From: Eledone cirrhosa
Lineage: Eukaryota
Direction: 5' to 3'
Assembly (NCBI GenBank): GCA_964016885.1
Contig: OZ024746.1
Coordinates: 70,742,001 to 70,806,000, forward strand
Length of the DNA stretch: 64,000 bases
The position numbers were made by a program, and so were the translations under genes. Shown here piece by piece: positions 36,115-47,883 of the stretch. A model generated the notes under the pieces. The model was not told where the DNA came from, made no database searches, and saw only the letters and a program-made list of their open reading frames with translations. Position 1 is the first letter of the stretch. The number at the start of each line of letters is the position of its first letter.

Positions 36115-38735
36115 TTACGTTAATGGTTGCTGTATCGATTGACAGTGCTTCCCAGGTAGACAAACTGATCAACCACTCCAAGTCGTTTACCATACACATA
36201 GATATTTGGTTCACTGTACTGCTTATCAGGGGCAGGTTGGTACATGACGACGGTTTTCTTGAGACTGACAGTCAATCCTAGGGCCGTGCGAGCGTCAGAG
36301 AATGCATTCAAAATGCGCTGCATATCACTCTCTGTGTGCGCTACAAGATCGCAATCATCTGCATACAAGAGGTCTCTTATGATTGATGTAAATACTTTTG
36401 TCTTTGCAGCAAAGCGCCTGATGTTAAATATGCTGCCTGAGGTTCGATATCGGATGTAAACACCATGCTCGCAATTTCTGAATGCAGTACAGAAAACCAT
36501 TGCAAAGTATATGGCAAACAGGGTCGGTGCTGGAATATCCCCCTGTTTCACTCCATTTTTTTTACTGAGATAGGCTCCGACAATAACCCAAGCCTTCATG
36601 TCGTCATGGAAAGACTTAACTAAAGCAAGGAACTTATCAGGGCAACCAAGTTTCTGGAGAACCTTCCATAATGCATTTCTGTTAACAGTATCGAAACCTT
36701 TTGTCAGATTGACAAAAACCTGATTCAGATCCAAACCTTGTTCCATGCACTTCTCCTGGAGCTGTCTAGCTGAGAAGATCATATCAGTAGTGCCGCGTCC
36801 AGCACGAAAACCAGATTGACTTTCAGGAAGAACACAATCTTCCAATGAGTGTCAGCAGACGGTCCAGAACACCCTACATAAAAATTTCTCTACGACAGAA
36901 AGCAATGATATACTTCTGTAGTTCCCACAATCATTCCTGTTACCCTTTCCCTTGTACAAGACCACCATTACTGCATCTCTCCAGTCCTCAGGTACGGATT
37001 CATTAGCCCATACCCTGCCAAGTGAAGCTGTTGCAGGAGTCTCTCGCCACCATATTGTAGGAGTTCAGCATGTATGCCATCCATACCTGGAGACCTTCCA
37101 CTGTTCAGCTTCGAGATAGCCACTGCAACCTCCACAAGCGTCGGAGGTTCTGCGAGAGCTACTTTCACAGGACTTTCTGGAATGAGATTGAGGAAATCTT
37201 CACTGACGACAGACGGCTGATTCAAAAGATCATCAAATTGCTCTCGCCACCTTCATAGAATTCCTTGTGAGTCACAAAGAAGTTCTTTGCCATCCTTGCT
37301 GCGAAGCGGTGTCACCAGAGAAGAAGACGGTCCATAAACCTCACGCAAGAGACTGGACAACAGCTTTGTGTTATTGGAATCTGACGCAGTTTGTATCTCA
37401 CCAGCCTTCTCACTCCACCACTGATCCTTCATCTGAGAAAGACTCCGCCTAACACGTGATTTTACATCATTGAGTTCCTCATGCAACGTATTCCTCTCCT
37501 GTGGTTTTGCCGTCAAGTAGCGTGACAGAGCACGCCTCTTATCAGCCAACAAGTCTTCTATATGTACATCATTCTCATTAAACCAGTCCTGATGTTTTCT
37601 CTGCACCAATCCCAGAACACGCCTGCCTACATCATAAACCGACTTTTTAAGGGTCGGCCAATCCTCACCAAGATCTGCAACCTGCATCTCTTCTTCCAAT
37701 GTCCTCTTCACATTTTTATCCTTAAGACGAGCAGCATTCAATCTTTTGGGCAGGGCAACACCAGGAGCCCGGATTTTACGTTTAGTGATTAGTTTCACTT
37801 TTGCGCGTACCAGGCGGTGGTCCGTCCAACACTCAGCTCCACGAAGAGCACGAACACACTGCACATACTGTCTGTCACGCATCCTGACTAGGATGTAGTC
37901 CAAAAGATGCCATTCCATAGATGCAGGATGCATCCATGTGGTCTTGAATTTGTATTTTTGTTGGAACATGGTGTTGGTAACACACAGATCCAGCTCCTCA
38001 CACATCTGCAGCAGGAGCATACCATTGTTGTTACACTTTCCCACCCCATGCCTTCCGATTACATTCCATGTGTTAAAATCCCTACCTACTCTAGCATTAA
38101 AGTCACCAAGCACGATGACTTTGTCTGCCTGAGGGATATTTCTTAAAACACCTTTCAAGGCATGGTAAAAGGAAACTTTTTCTTCATCGACAGAATTCAT
38201 AGTTGGAGTATACACACTCACCAGGGTCGCATATCTTCCTTTGTCCAGCGGAATTCTCATGGACATAAGACGCTCACTAATCCCTACTGGGAATTCTTCT
38301 AATTTATTCACAAGAACAGTCTTAACAGCAAATCCTACCCCAACCTATCTTCTGGTTCCTTCATCTCTTCCTTTCCAGAAGAATGTATATTCTCCACAAA
38401 ATTCTGTAAGATGACCATCTCCAGCTAACCTCATCTCAGATAAAGCCACGATGTCAAGATCGTAACGTCGAAGCTCCTTTGCAACAAGAGCGGTCCTTCG
38501 TTCAGGACGCTCCAAGGAATCCCTGTCAAGCAGCGTCTGTACGTTCCAGCAGCCAAGACTAAATGCCTTGTTTGGCTCTATTACAATGGCACGATGACGA
38601 GCGGGCCCAGGCTGTGATAACCTGGGGCCTCTGCCCTTCTTGCCAATTATCTTTTTTGTTCCAGAACCTAAATTGCCAATTATCTCTTTTATATTGTTCT
38701 GGAACATCATTGAATTGGGGAAAAAAACAAAAAAA
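36115..38735 (-). mobile_element. RTE-BovB-like LINE, decayed and 3'-truncated
   Basis: CWNVQTLLDR..RPERRTALVAKEL, ISERLMSMRIPL, GDFNARVG, CWTDHRLV, ESQSGFRAGRGTTDMIF, KQG, YADD, FVYLGS spread over ORFs 36120-38600 with stops and frameshifts. Confidence 0.93.
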
Positions 38736-39023
38736 TGTAATAATAATAGTAACAACAATAATAATAATAATAATAATAATGTTTTCTTTATTAACCACAA
38801 GGGTTCACATAAAGTAGACATTAAGGACAGTACAGGACAATACAGGACGGTACAAATGGGCATTTCTGCGTGTAAAAAAACAGAGGTTGAAATAAAATAA
38901 CAAAGAAAAATTCCCCAATAGGGGGGAGACTTCCAAGGGACATTTGTGGAGAAAGCCCATTAAAAGACCACAGTGGCCCTGACCACCAGGGCAAGTGCCC
39001 TCTCCCAGTTTTCCACCTTTAAT

Positions 39024-42000
39024 TTACAGACACATACTCAGAGAAGGCCCATTCATTCGGGCCATACTTGCTTCTCTCACCCATCTTTCAACAAAATGCT
39101 GGGAAGAGAGCACTTCCCTCTCTACCCTGACTTTCCTTTTCAAATGAAATTTGAAAAAGTTAATCAGGGCATCACCGAAGAGGTAAGTGCTCGTCTTCAG
39201 CCCTTTCAAACGTGTCCACCATACTATCTCTTTCGCCATGGCCACCAGACAGATAAAAATTGCCTGCCCTTCCAGGCTAAAGGAAGGGGGCGGGGCAATC
39301 CTCACGATGGACTCAGCTGATAGCTGGATCCGTCCTACACGTGACAGCAGGTGTTCGACATAAACCCACAAGTCAGCAATGCTCGGACACTGGACGAGTG
39401 CGTGCAGGACGGTTTCGTCGCCCTGCGCGCATCTCGGACATGCCCGGCTGACGGCACCTCCATGCCTGTAGAGTTTATCCCGAACTGGCAAAGCTCCTCG
39501 GTAGCACTGCCAGGCCAGGGATTTCTGGAAGTTGTCCATAGGCCCCGGCCCGAAAGTCCTTCCGAAGAGATTGGCTAGTTGATTTTCGTCGACGCCTAGA
39601 GTTTCTCCAAGTACGTCGTCGCTCTTCCCCTCCACTAATCCCCTATAGAACGCCAAGGTGGAGTTTCCACCGATCACATTGCCCGATTGGTCGAGGGCTG
39701 TGAGCGCCTGAAGACATTCCAGTCTCCAAGCGCTCCCTCTCGGTCTTCGCTTGACCCAGGACTGCAGCTCCGTCAAGGAGACGAGCTGGGGAAAAACGTG
39801 TCTTGCAAACGGCGACCACACCTGATCACCGTCGAGGAAGAGGTGGAGATGTCGTAGCCTGAGCGCGTGTCTGCGCATCATCAGCCACGGCATGCCCAGC
39901 CCTCCACGTAGCGGGTGCTGACAGCAGATGGACCGCCTGACCATCGGAGCGCGTCCCTTCCACAAGAAGCGAAAGAGCAAACGCTCCAGCGCAGTCAGGC
40001 GGGGCTTAGGACAAGGTACGACGGTCAGGCGGTAGTAGATGACGGATGCGATGTACGCATTCGCCACCTCCGCTCGACCTTTCAGGGATAGCTTTCTCTC
40101 GGCCCATTTCTGGGTGAGAGAAGCCACCCTGCTCGTCACCTCGTCCCAGTTTTTGTCCGTCTGGAGGTCTGGACCGAACCAGACCCCTAGCAATTTAACC
40201 GGTCCGTCCGTCCAGCGCCCGACGACGCTGTTGGACGGCATGGACCTGCCTCTCCAGGTGCCGAGCTGCAGGCCCACTGACTTTTCCTGGTTGATCATTG
40301 CTCCTGTCACCGCTTCGTATTCTCTTAGTGTAGTGCCGATCGCCTCGATGTGTTTGGCGTTCGACACCACTACGGTGACATCGTCGGCATATGCTGACAC
40401 GGATCTTCCGCATCCTAGTTCGCGCGGGACCCCCCTCAACGTCTCCAGTTTGTGCAGTAATGGCTCTAGAGTCAATACGTACAATAGGGACGAGAGGGGA
40501 CATCCTTGGCGGACCGAGCGCATGATGTTGAACGGTTCCGAAAGGTGACCGTTCACTCTCACTACAGAGCAGATGTCGCTGTGCATGGCAGCGATCCAGC
40601 CTCTGAAGACGGGCCCAAAGCCAGCCGCCCTCAGGACTGCCGCTAGGTAACGATGGTCGACCCTATCGAAGGCTTTCGACTGATCTAAATTGATCAAAGA
40701 CCCACCCGTGCCAGGTTCCTTAGCTACCCTCTCTACGATGTATCGCATGAGGTGGAGGTTGTCGTGGATGGATCTGTCGGGAATGGCGCATGTCTGTGCC
40801 TCTCCCACCAGACCATCAACGACAAGCGCCAACCTCTTTGCTAGCACCTTGGCCAAAATCTTGAACTCTGTGTTTAGCAGTGTTATGGGCCTAAAATTAT
40901 CTATGTTATCCCCCTTGTTCGGATCCTTTCTCAGCAGCGCCACCGCTCCTCGGCTCACAGAGCTGGGAATTCTCCCGTTCTGTTGCCAGTTGCAGTAGAC
41001 GTCCGCCAAGAGGCTTCCGAACAAGTTTGGCATTTGTACGTAAAGTTCATAGGGCAGACCATCCAAACCAGGCGATTTACCCCTTGTGCAACTAGTCATT
41101 GCATCCCGTACTTCAGCGGTTGTTATCGGCTTTTCGCAACACTCCGCCTCAGTGGCCGAAAGCCGCGGCAGTCCGTCGAGGTAGACACTAAAGTCCATCC
41201 CTCGATCCGGCCCGCCACTGCCCCCGAACAGTTGAGCGAAGTGTCGCTGAAAAGCTTCACACATTTGCCCGGGATCGAGTAGCATGCGCCCGTCGTGGTC
41301 CACCAAAGACCGGATTGTGGCTTTGTTGCCACGACGCGCCTCCGCCACTCGGGCCCATTGAACGGCTTTCGTCCCCTCGTGTCTGAGAGCACGCACCCTA
41401 GCTCTGACAACGCAGCCTTCGTGCTTTGCATTGAAGAATTGGTCAAGGGCCAATTTCGCCGCAAGTACGTCGGTCGCGATGCCTTTGCTAAGCGCCTCAT
41501 CTAATTTTCTAACTAATTCTCCCTCTGCTCTATTTTTCTCTATTGCTAAAGTCTTACTAAACCTAATGGACTCTATTCTAATTGCTCTTTTCAGAGCAAA
41601 CCACCACTTGTTGTTGACGATGGCCCCCGTCAACGCCCGCTTAACTAGTTCGCTAATCCGGTCTCTGTAGGCCTTGCGCGCTGGTAAGGACGCGTTTAGC
41701 TTCCAGTAGCCGGGTCCTTGTCTATGAAGCCTATCTAAGTCAAGCACACAGATCACGAATTTGTGGTCCGTGTAGCTGACTATTTTGAATTGTGGACAGC
41801 CTATGCTAGACCTATCTATTTCCCTACAAAATACTCTATCTAGATATGATCTGGATGACCCTATGCGATTTGTCCAAGTCCACATTGGTACATTCGGGAA
41901 ATCCATTCGGTACCTGTCAGACAGTTCAAAACGTCTGAGCAGGTTGGTGAGACTCTTGCACCCTCCTTCCCTATCCACTAATCCCACACAATCCCAGCGT

Positions 42001-42443
42001 GCATCTAAGATCCCGTTCCAATCGCCCACTAACACTAAAGAGCGGGACGTTCCAAGAAAGGTCTCTAGACGCCGGAAGAAATCAGGCCGCCCTGCTCCTG
42101 TCGGGGCATAGACGGCCACTAACCTGAAAGCTTGCCCGTCTCCGCTGGTCACGTCCAGCACCACCAACTTACCTTCTGGGTCCAGGAAGATGGCCCGTAT
42201 GGCAAGATCCAAACCTCTCCGAAAAAGCACAGCAACTCCTCCCCCCGATCCCGGACGGCCTAGAGATGCGTACACATCGTAGCCGCCGAAGATCGGTGCG
42301 AAAGCCTGTGCTTCGGAGATTCTGGTCTCGCTGATGGCCACTACATCTATGTTTAGTGACCTGAGGTCGTTGAGCAGGTGGCCCTGCTTCCATGACGACC
42401 CCAAGCCACGCGCATTTATGCTGCCTATTCTGAGTGAGGTCAT
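39024..42443 (-). CDS. Tx1-like ORF2: APE endonuclease, RT and C-terminal CCHC (1139 aa, intact)
   Basis: SINARG, SETR, YAP, GDWN, YLDR, TDH, GYWKLN, SPGLDG, FRPITLLN, KAFDRV, RQGCPLS, YADD, CPRC..ETVLHALVQC. Confidence 0.96.
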   Translation of the reverse strand: MTSLRIGSINARGLGSSWKQGHLLNDLRSLNIDVVAISETRISEAQAFAPIFGGYDVYASLGRPGSGGGVAVLFRRGLDLAIRAIFLDPEGKLVVLDVTSGDGQAFRLVAVYAPTGAGRPDFFRRLETFLGTSRSLVLVGDWNGILDARWDCVGLVDREGGCKSLTNLLRRFELSDRYRMDFPNVPMWTWTNRIGSSRSYLDRVFCREIDRSSIGCPQFKIVSYTDHKFVICVLDLDRLHRQGPGYWKLNASLPARKAYRDRISELVKRALTGAIVNNKWWFALKRAIRIESIRFSKTLAIEKNRAEGELVRKLDEALSKGIATDVLAAKLALDQFFNAKHEGCVVRARVRALRHEGTKAVQWARVAEARRGNKATIRSLVDHDGRMLLDPGQMCEAFQRHFAQLFGGSGGPDRGMDFSVYLDGLPRLSATEAECCEKPITTAEVRDAMTSCTRGKSPGLDGLPYELYVQMPNLFGSLLADVYCNWQQNGRIPSSVSRGAVALLRKDPNKGDNIDNFRPITLLNTEFKILAKVLAKRLALVVDGLVGEAQTCAIPDRSIHDNLHLMRYIVERVAKEPGTGGSLINLDQSKAFDRVDHRYLAAVLRAAGFGPVFRGWIAAMHSDICSVVRVNGHLSEPFNIMRSVRQGCPLSSLLYVLTLEPLLHKLETLRGVPRELGCGRSVSAYADDVTVVVSNAKHIEAIGTTLREYEAVTGAMINQEKSVGLQLGTWRGRSMPSNSVVGRWTDGPVKLLGVWFGPDLQTDKNWDEVTSRVASLTQKWAERKLSLKGRAEVANAYIASVIYYRLTVVPCPKPRLTALERLLFRFLWKGRAPMVRRSICCQHPLRGGLGMPWLMMRRHALRLRHLHLFLDGDQVWSPFARHVFPQLVSLTELQSWVKRRPRGSAWRLECLQALTALDQSGNVIGGNSTLAFYRGLVEGKSDDVLGETLGVDENQLANLFGRTFGPGPMDNFQKSLAWQCYRGALPVRDKLYRHGGAVSRACPRCAQGDETVLHALVQCPSIADLWVYVEHLLSRVGRIQLSAESIVRIAPPPSFSLEGQAIFICLVAMAKEIVWWTRLKGLKTSTYLFGDALINFFKFHLKRKVRVEREVLSSQHFVERWVREASMARMNGPSLSMCL

Positions 42444-42477
42444 GTTGAAAAGGAGTGGAAAAGATGGGAAAGACCAC

Positions 42478-44643
42478 TTACCTTACTTCTCGTAGGGGAA
42501 GGACGGTTTTTCCATCCTTTTCACTGCTTGTGGCCTCCTCAGGAAGGATGTCCTTATAAATCCTCCTGGAGAGTGCTTGTCGGAAGTCTCCGATGTCTTT
42601 GGGGAATTTTTGTTTTAGTGTCATGTACGTTTTCTGTGTGATGCGAGTGATTTGTATGTGTGGAGGTGGTGTGAATTTTGGGGTTGTTGTGTAGTCTTTT
42701 TCTGTGATGCTGGTGTTGTGTTGGATGTAGTGCAATAATTGCTTGTTGTTCAAATTTAATTGTTTCTACTTTAGGCACAAGGCCAGCAATTACCCAGTGC
42801 ATTACTGGTACTTTATTTTATCGACCCCGTAAGGATGAAAGGCAAAGTCAACCTCGGCGGGATTTGAACTCAGATCGTAAAGGGACAGTCTCTCTACCGA
42901 TACTGCCAATCCACCCCTTGTTCAAATTTAATGCTGTGTAGTGTGTATCGTTTTGGTTGTTTTGTTTTGTTTGCGTTTGTTGTGGGTTTGTTTCTGTTTC
43001 GCATTTTGGTGACTTTTGTGGTGTAGGTGATGGTGGTGTTGGAGTTAATGATGGTGATGGTGTTGGTGTTTGGGTTGATGGGGTTGGTGATGCTGGTGTG
43101 GATGGTGGCATATCTGTCCTAACTTTTTTGTTTCTTAGTTTATTTGTTTCCCTCTGTATTTTGTTTTTGGAGGGGGAAGGAAGAGAATTTTTTCTTTTTG
43201 GTTTCTTTTTTTTTTTCCGGATATCGTTTCCCACTCCTCGTCGTCACAATCTGTCTCCAGTTGTGATAGGCCGGGGAGTGGAAAATCCTCCACAGCCGTT
43301 AGTTTTGGTTGTGGTGTGGTGGATGGTGTAGGCGCTGGTGCTAGTTCTGAAGCGTTGGGTGGTGGTGGTGTTGGTTTTGCTGGTGGTGGTAGTGGTGTTG
43401 GTTTTGCTACTGTTGCTGGGGTTGTTGCTGTTATAGTTGCTTCTGTTGTTGCTGCTACAGTTGTTGCTGGCATCTCTGCTACTGGTGGTGTTGATGGTTG
43501 TGTCACTGGGGTGGGTAGGAGAGGTGGCCTCAACCTTTTAGCCTGAGGGCAGAAGGCCCTTAGGTGGGTTCCTTCACCACAAACGACACACCTAGGTCTT
43601 CTGCCCTCGACAATTACCGTGAGGTGGCTGCCGTCAGTGAGGTCTATTACCTCTGGGATCTCCTCAATGCTTTTTTGGTCCGCTTGGATCAGGAGCTCCA
43701 TCCCAGATCCGGACCAGTTTTCCTGCTTTTCTTTTGCTATTGTTATTATTTTCGTGTTGGCCTCGATGCCGGCGAGGACAGCCGCTATTAGCCAGAGAAT
43801 TTCGATGGCCGGTGGAACGTGGGTCACCCTGATCTTACAAGTCTCTTGCCACAATAGCTTGGGACGAGTGTGAAGTCGTCACTTTTTAATGGGGCCATGG
43901 AGTGTTCTCTAGCCTCCTCTGGTGTTTCAAAGAACACGTCCACGGTTCCATACTTTTGCCCACGTCTGATGTGGGTTTTTCTTGCCCACACATGTCCCAA
44001 AGCTTTTTGGATTTGGGACTCGGATGCCCGTTCCACTCGGCGCGATTTTACATTTATTGTTCTATACGACACGGTGCATAGGCGCCGATGCTCCATTTTA
44101 TTAGGTGGGGGGGGGGGGGGGGGTGAGGCTGACCCTGTACCCATCTTTCTTTACCATTTGTTTGGCATTTTCTAAATCTTCTTGAGTTACGGTAAATGCT
44201 TCGAATTGTTTTGCTACTCTGGCGAAACTGAGGGGGGGTTTTATAATGTCATTGTTGTTGTTGTTGCTATCGTTAATATTAATTTTAGTTTCAGTTGTGG
44301 TGGTGACGTCAGTCGTCTTTGGTGGGGAAGAGTCCATTTTGCTTGATTTCATTTCGACATCACGAGTTAATTTATTTTTTTCTTCTTTTGTTTCTGTTGT
44401 CGCGGTGGTGGTGGTGGTGGTGGTTGTCGCGGTGGTGGTGGTGGTGGTGGAGGCTTTAACACCTGCAGTCATTGGTAATGGCGGGAAATGAATGTCTGCC
44501 TGAGACAAATTTAAAATATTGCTACTGCTTATATTTTTTTTTGTATTGGCAAACGTAGTAACATTTACAATGGTGGTGTCGTTGTGAGGTGTTATTTTGT
44601 GAGGAAGGCTTTCAGCTGCTTCGTGCAGAGGTGAAGTAGCCAT
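42478..44643 (-). pseudogene. Tx1-like ORF1 (gag-like CCHC knuckle), frameshifted and SINE-interrupted
   Basis: Five consecutive ORF pieces; CVVCGEGTHLRAFCP knuckle; Pro/Thr-rich linkers; frameshifts at G17 (44107-44123), near 43850 and at a T run near 43210. Confidence 0.85.
42761..42917 (-). mobile_element. Young tRNA-SINE inserted in Tx1 ORF1
   Basis: Perfect 15-bp TSD ttgttcaaatttaat (42746-42760 and 42918-42932); removing the insert restores HYTALNLNNKQLLHY. Confidence 0.93.
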
Positions 44644-44853
44644 TTTTTTTTCAAAGAAATTTTTTGATAATAATAAAAGTTAAAATTTTGGGCACAAGGC
44701 CCCAATCTTTTTAGGTGTCCTTTTCGGAAAACAATGTATGTGTGCTTATAAACAGTTAACAATAAAATTTTCCATAAATGGCAATTTTTAAACAAACGGA
44801 AATAACAAACCTTTGCGGAGCTCACGATAATACGATTTCCTACGTAGGTCGCC

Positions 44854-44886
<33 letters not shown>

Positions 44887-45966
44887 TAGGAAGCTATTGA
44901 CTATCTACAACATGTTCCACAAGAGGAGTGATGTCGATAGACTCTACCTAAGGAGATCTGAGGGTGGAAGAGGTCTTATCAGCATAGAGGACTGTGTTTA
45001 GATGGAGAAAAACAACCTATACAAATACGTGACCTATAGTAAGGAGCCAATGCTCAGAACTGTACTGAAGGAGGGGACAGTAGGCCAGGGGATGTCCAAG
45101 GAGGAAATAACATCAAGGAGGAAGAGCAGCCTTAAGGGAAAATCCCTTCATAGTACCTTCTTTGAGAAAACTGAATTTAGAGATCCACAGACATGGAACT
45201 GGTTGAGAAGAGGAGACCTCAAAAAGGCTACAGAAGGAATGCTAATGGCTGCGCAGGAGCAGGCCCTCAAAACGAAGTGGTTGAAGCACCATATTTACAA
45301 GGAGGAGGCTAGCCCACTGTGCAGGATCTGTGGAGAGAGAGAGGAGACTGTGGCTCACATTGTGTCCGAGTGTAAACACCTAGCCCAGACCCACTATAAG
45401 GGCTGGAGACACGATGTGATGGGCAGGGTGATCCACTGGCACCTGTGCAAAGTAAACAATTTACCACATTCTGAGAAATGGTATGAGCATAGGCCAGAGG
45501 CGGTGATGGAGAACAATCAGGAGAAGGTGCTGTGGGATTTTAGGATACAGACGGACAAAAAACTGGAATACAATAGACCTGACCTAGTGGTTGTGGACAA
45601 AGAAAAAAGATCGTGTCTGATTGTGGATGTGGCCTACCCTTTCGACACGAGAGTGCAAGAGAAGGAGAGGGAGAACATTAACCGATACCAGGACCTAAAG
45701 TGGGAGGTGAAAAGGATTTGGAACTGCCATGAAGTCAAAGTGATCCCGATTGTCATAGGCGCACTGGGGACTATCTCCAAAAGTTTCCAGGGATGGTTAA
45801 AGAAAATCGGCCCCTTCACGCTTTTTGGAACGCTTCAAAAGGCATGCTTGCTTGGAACAGCAAGAACCCTCCGATACGTCCTGAATATCTGAGGCTGCAG
45901 GTAGTGGCTTGATATTCATTCCAACGGACTTTCCAGTTAACCAACATCAATGACTGAGATTCAAGG
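44887..45966 (+). mobile_element. R4/Dong-like RLE-type LINE, 5'-truncated copy 1
   Basis: AAQEQAL, CRICGEREETVAHIVSEC, RHD, RPDLVVVD..IVDVAYP, IGALG; (TAA)n flanks. Confidence 0.92.
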
Positions 45967-46004
45967 AATAACAACAACAATAATAATAATAATAATAATA
46001 ATAA

Positions 46005-46188
46005 TTGTTTCTACTTTTGGCACAAGGCCAGCATTTATCCCAGTACATTACTGGTACTTTATTTTATCAACCCCGTAAGGATGAAAGGCAAAGTTAACCT
46101 CGGCGGGATTTGAACTCAGAATAGCAAGGGCCGTAACTCTATGCGTCAAGGCATGGCGTCCGACCCTCTACCGATACTGCCAATCCAC
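46005..46188 (-). mobile_element. Young tRNA-SINE between the two R4-like copies
   Basis: CpG-intact copy of the main SINE family, flanked by (TAA)n. Confidence 0.9.
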
Positions 46189-46207
46189 CAATAATAATAA
46201 TAATAAT

Positions 46208-47455
46208 TGATAAGATCTTAATACATTCGGAGAGTAAGGAGCGTATTAAAGTCACATCTGAACAGTAGGAATGCCATAAGTGCAGTAAATTCCCGAGCTG
46301 TATCTATTATTAGGTACAGTGTGGGAATTCTGAGATGGAATGTTGCTGAACAAAAAGAAATGGATAGGAAGACTAGGAAGCTATTGACTATCTACAACAT
46401 GTTCCACAAGAGGAGTGATGTCGATAGACTCTACTTAAGGAGATCTGAAGGTGGAAGAGATCTTATCAGCATAGAGGACTGTGTTCAGATGGAAAAAAAC
46501 AACCTACACAAATACGTGACTGATAGTAAGGAGCCAATGCTCAGAATTGTACTGAAGGAGAGGACAATAGACCAGGGGATGTCCAAGGAGGAAATAACAA
46601 CAAGGAGAAAGAGCAGCCTTCATGAAAAATCCCTTCATAGTACCTTCTTTGAGAAAACTGAATTCAGAGATCCACAGACATGGAACTGGTTGAAAAGAGG
46701 AGACCTTAAAAAGGATACAGAAGGAATGCTAATGGCTGCGCAAGAGCAGTCCCTCAAAACGAAGTGGTTGAAACACCATATTTACAAGGAGGAGGCTAGC
46801 CCACTGTGCAGGATCTGTGGAGAGAGAGAGGAGACTGTGGCTCACATTGTATCCGAGTGTAAACACCTAGCCCAGACTCACTATAAGGGCTGGAGACATG
46901 ATGTGATGGGCAGGGTGATCCACTGGCACCTATGCAAAGTAAACAATTTACCACATTCTGAGAAGTGGTATGAGCATAAGCCAGAGTCGGTGATAGAAAA
47001 CGATCAGGTGAAGGTGCTGTGGGATTTTAGGATACAGACGGACAAGAAATTAGAACACAATAGGCCTGACCTGGTGGTTTTGGACAAGGAAAAAAGATCG
47101 TGCCTGATTGTGGATGTGGCCTGCCCATTCGACACGAGAGTGCAAGAGAAGGAGAGGGAGAAAATTAACCGATACCAGGACTTAAAGTGAGAGGTAAAAA
47201 GGATTTGGAACTGCCATGAAGTCAAAGTGGTCCCGATTGTCATAGGCTCACTAGGTACTATCTCAAAAAGTTTCCAGGGATGGTTAAAGAAAATTGGCCC
47301 TGCCACGCTTTTTGGAACGCTTCAAAAGGCATGCTTGCTGGGAACAGCAAGAACCCTCCGATACGTCCTGAATATCTGAGGCTGCAGGTAGTGGCTTGAT
47401 ATTCATTTCAACAAACTTTCCAGTTTACTAACATCAATGACTGAGACTCAAAGAA
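46208..47455 (+). mobile_element. R4/Dong-like RLE-type LINE, 5'-truncated copy 2
   Basis: Longer 5' extent than copy 1 (AIIRYSVG..DRKTRK..DVDRLY..GGR); TGG to TGA stop at 47188-47190; same 3' UTR as copy 1. Confidence 0.92.
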
Positions 47456-47527
47456 CAATAATAATAATAATAATTGTTTCTACTTTAGGCACAAGGCCAG
47501 CAATACCCAGTGCATTACTGGTACTTT

Positions 47528-47587
<60 letters not shown>

Positions 47588-47689
47588 TATTAATTAATGC
47601 AATCGTGCAATGCCTGTGCGTGACGAATATTTTTAAAGTGAGGAAAGACTGTGCACTGAGCCAATCCCACTCTCTGAGCGACAGTAGCT

Positions 47690-47883
47690 ATAACCCAAAA
47701 AGAAGAAAAGATCAACATCATCGGTAACTACTGAGCCGCAGGTTTTATGTCGGAGTTAACCCAGTTTCCTGAGATGCCTTCTCCTAGAAGAATGCTCTGA
47801 CAAGGGCTAGGAGTTCTTCACTCCCAGTGGTTTAACTGCGCGATCGGGCATCCAGCCCGATTATTTCTATGCCACCGCGCGCG
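47690..47883 (-). mobile_element. RTE-like 5'UTR fragment
   Basis: ctcctagcccttgtcagagcattcttctaggagaagg...aaacctgcggc resembles RTE 5' leaders; begins with a GC-rich hairpin. Confidence 0.4.

Larger units (their letters stand above)
38781..44852 (-). mobile_element. Full-length L1-clade (Tx1-like) LINE inserted in (TAA)n
   Basis: GC-rich 6.1-kb unit with (TAA)n on both sides; two-ORF layout; 3' UTR with AATAAA running into an (ATT)n tail. Confidence 0.92.

Noticed and set aside
39351-42111. Antisense and alternate-frame ORFs overlapping Tx1 ORF2 (also those over the RTE and Gypsy ORFs)
   Set aside because: Shadow ORFs of GC-rich coding sequence with no recognisable motifs.
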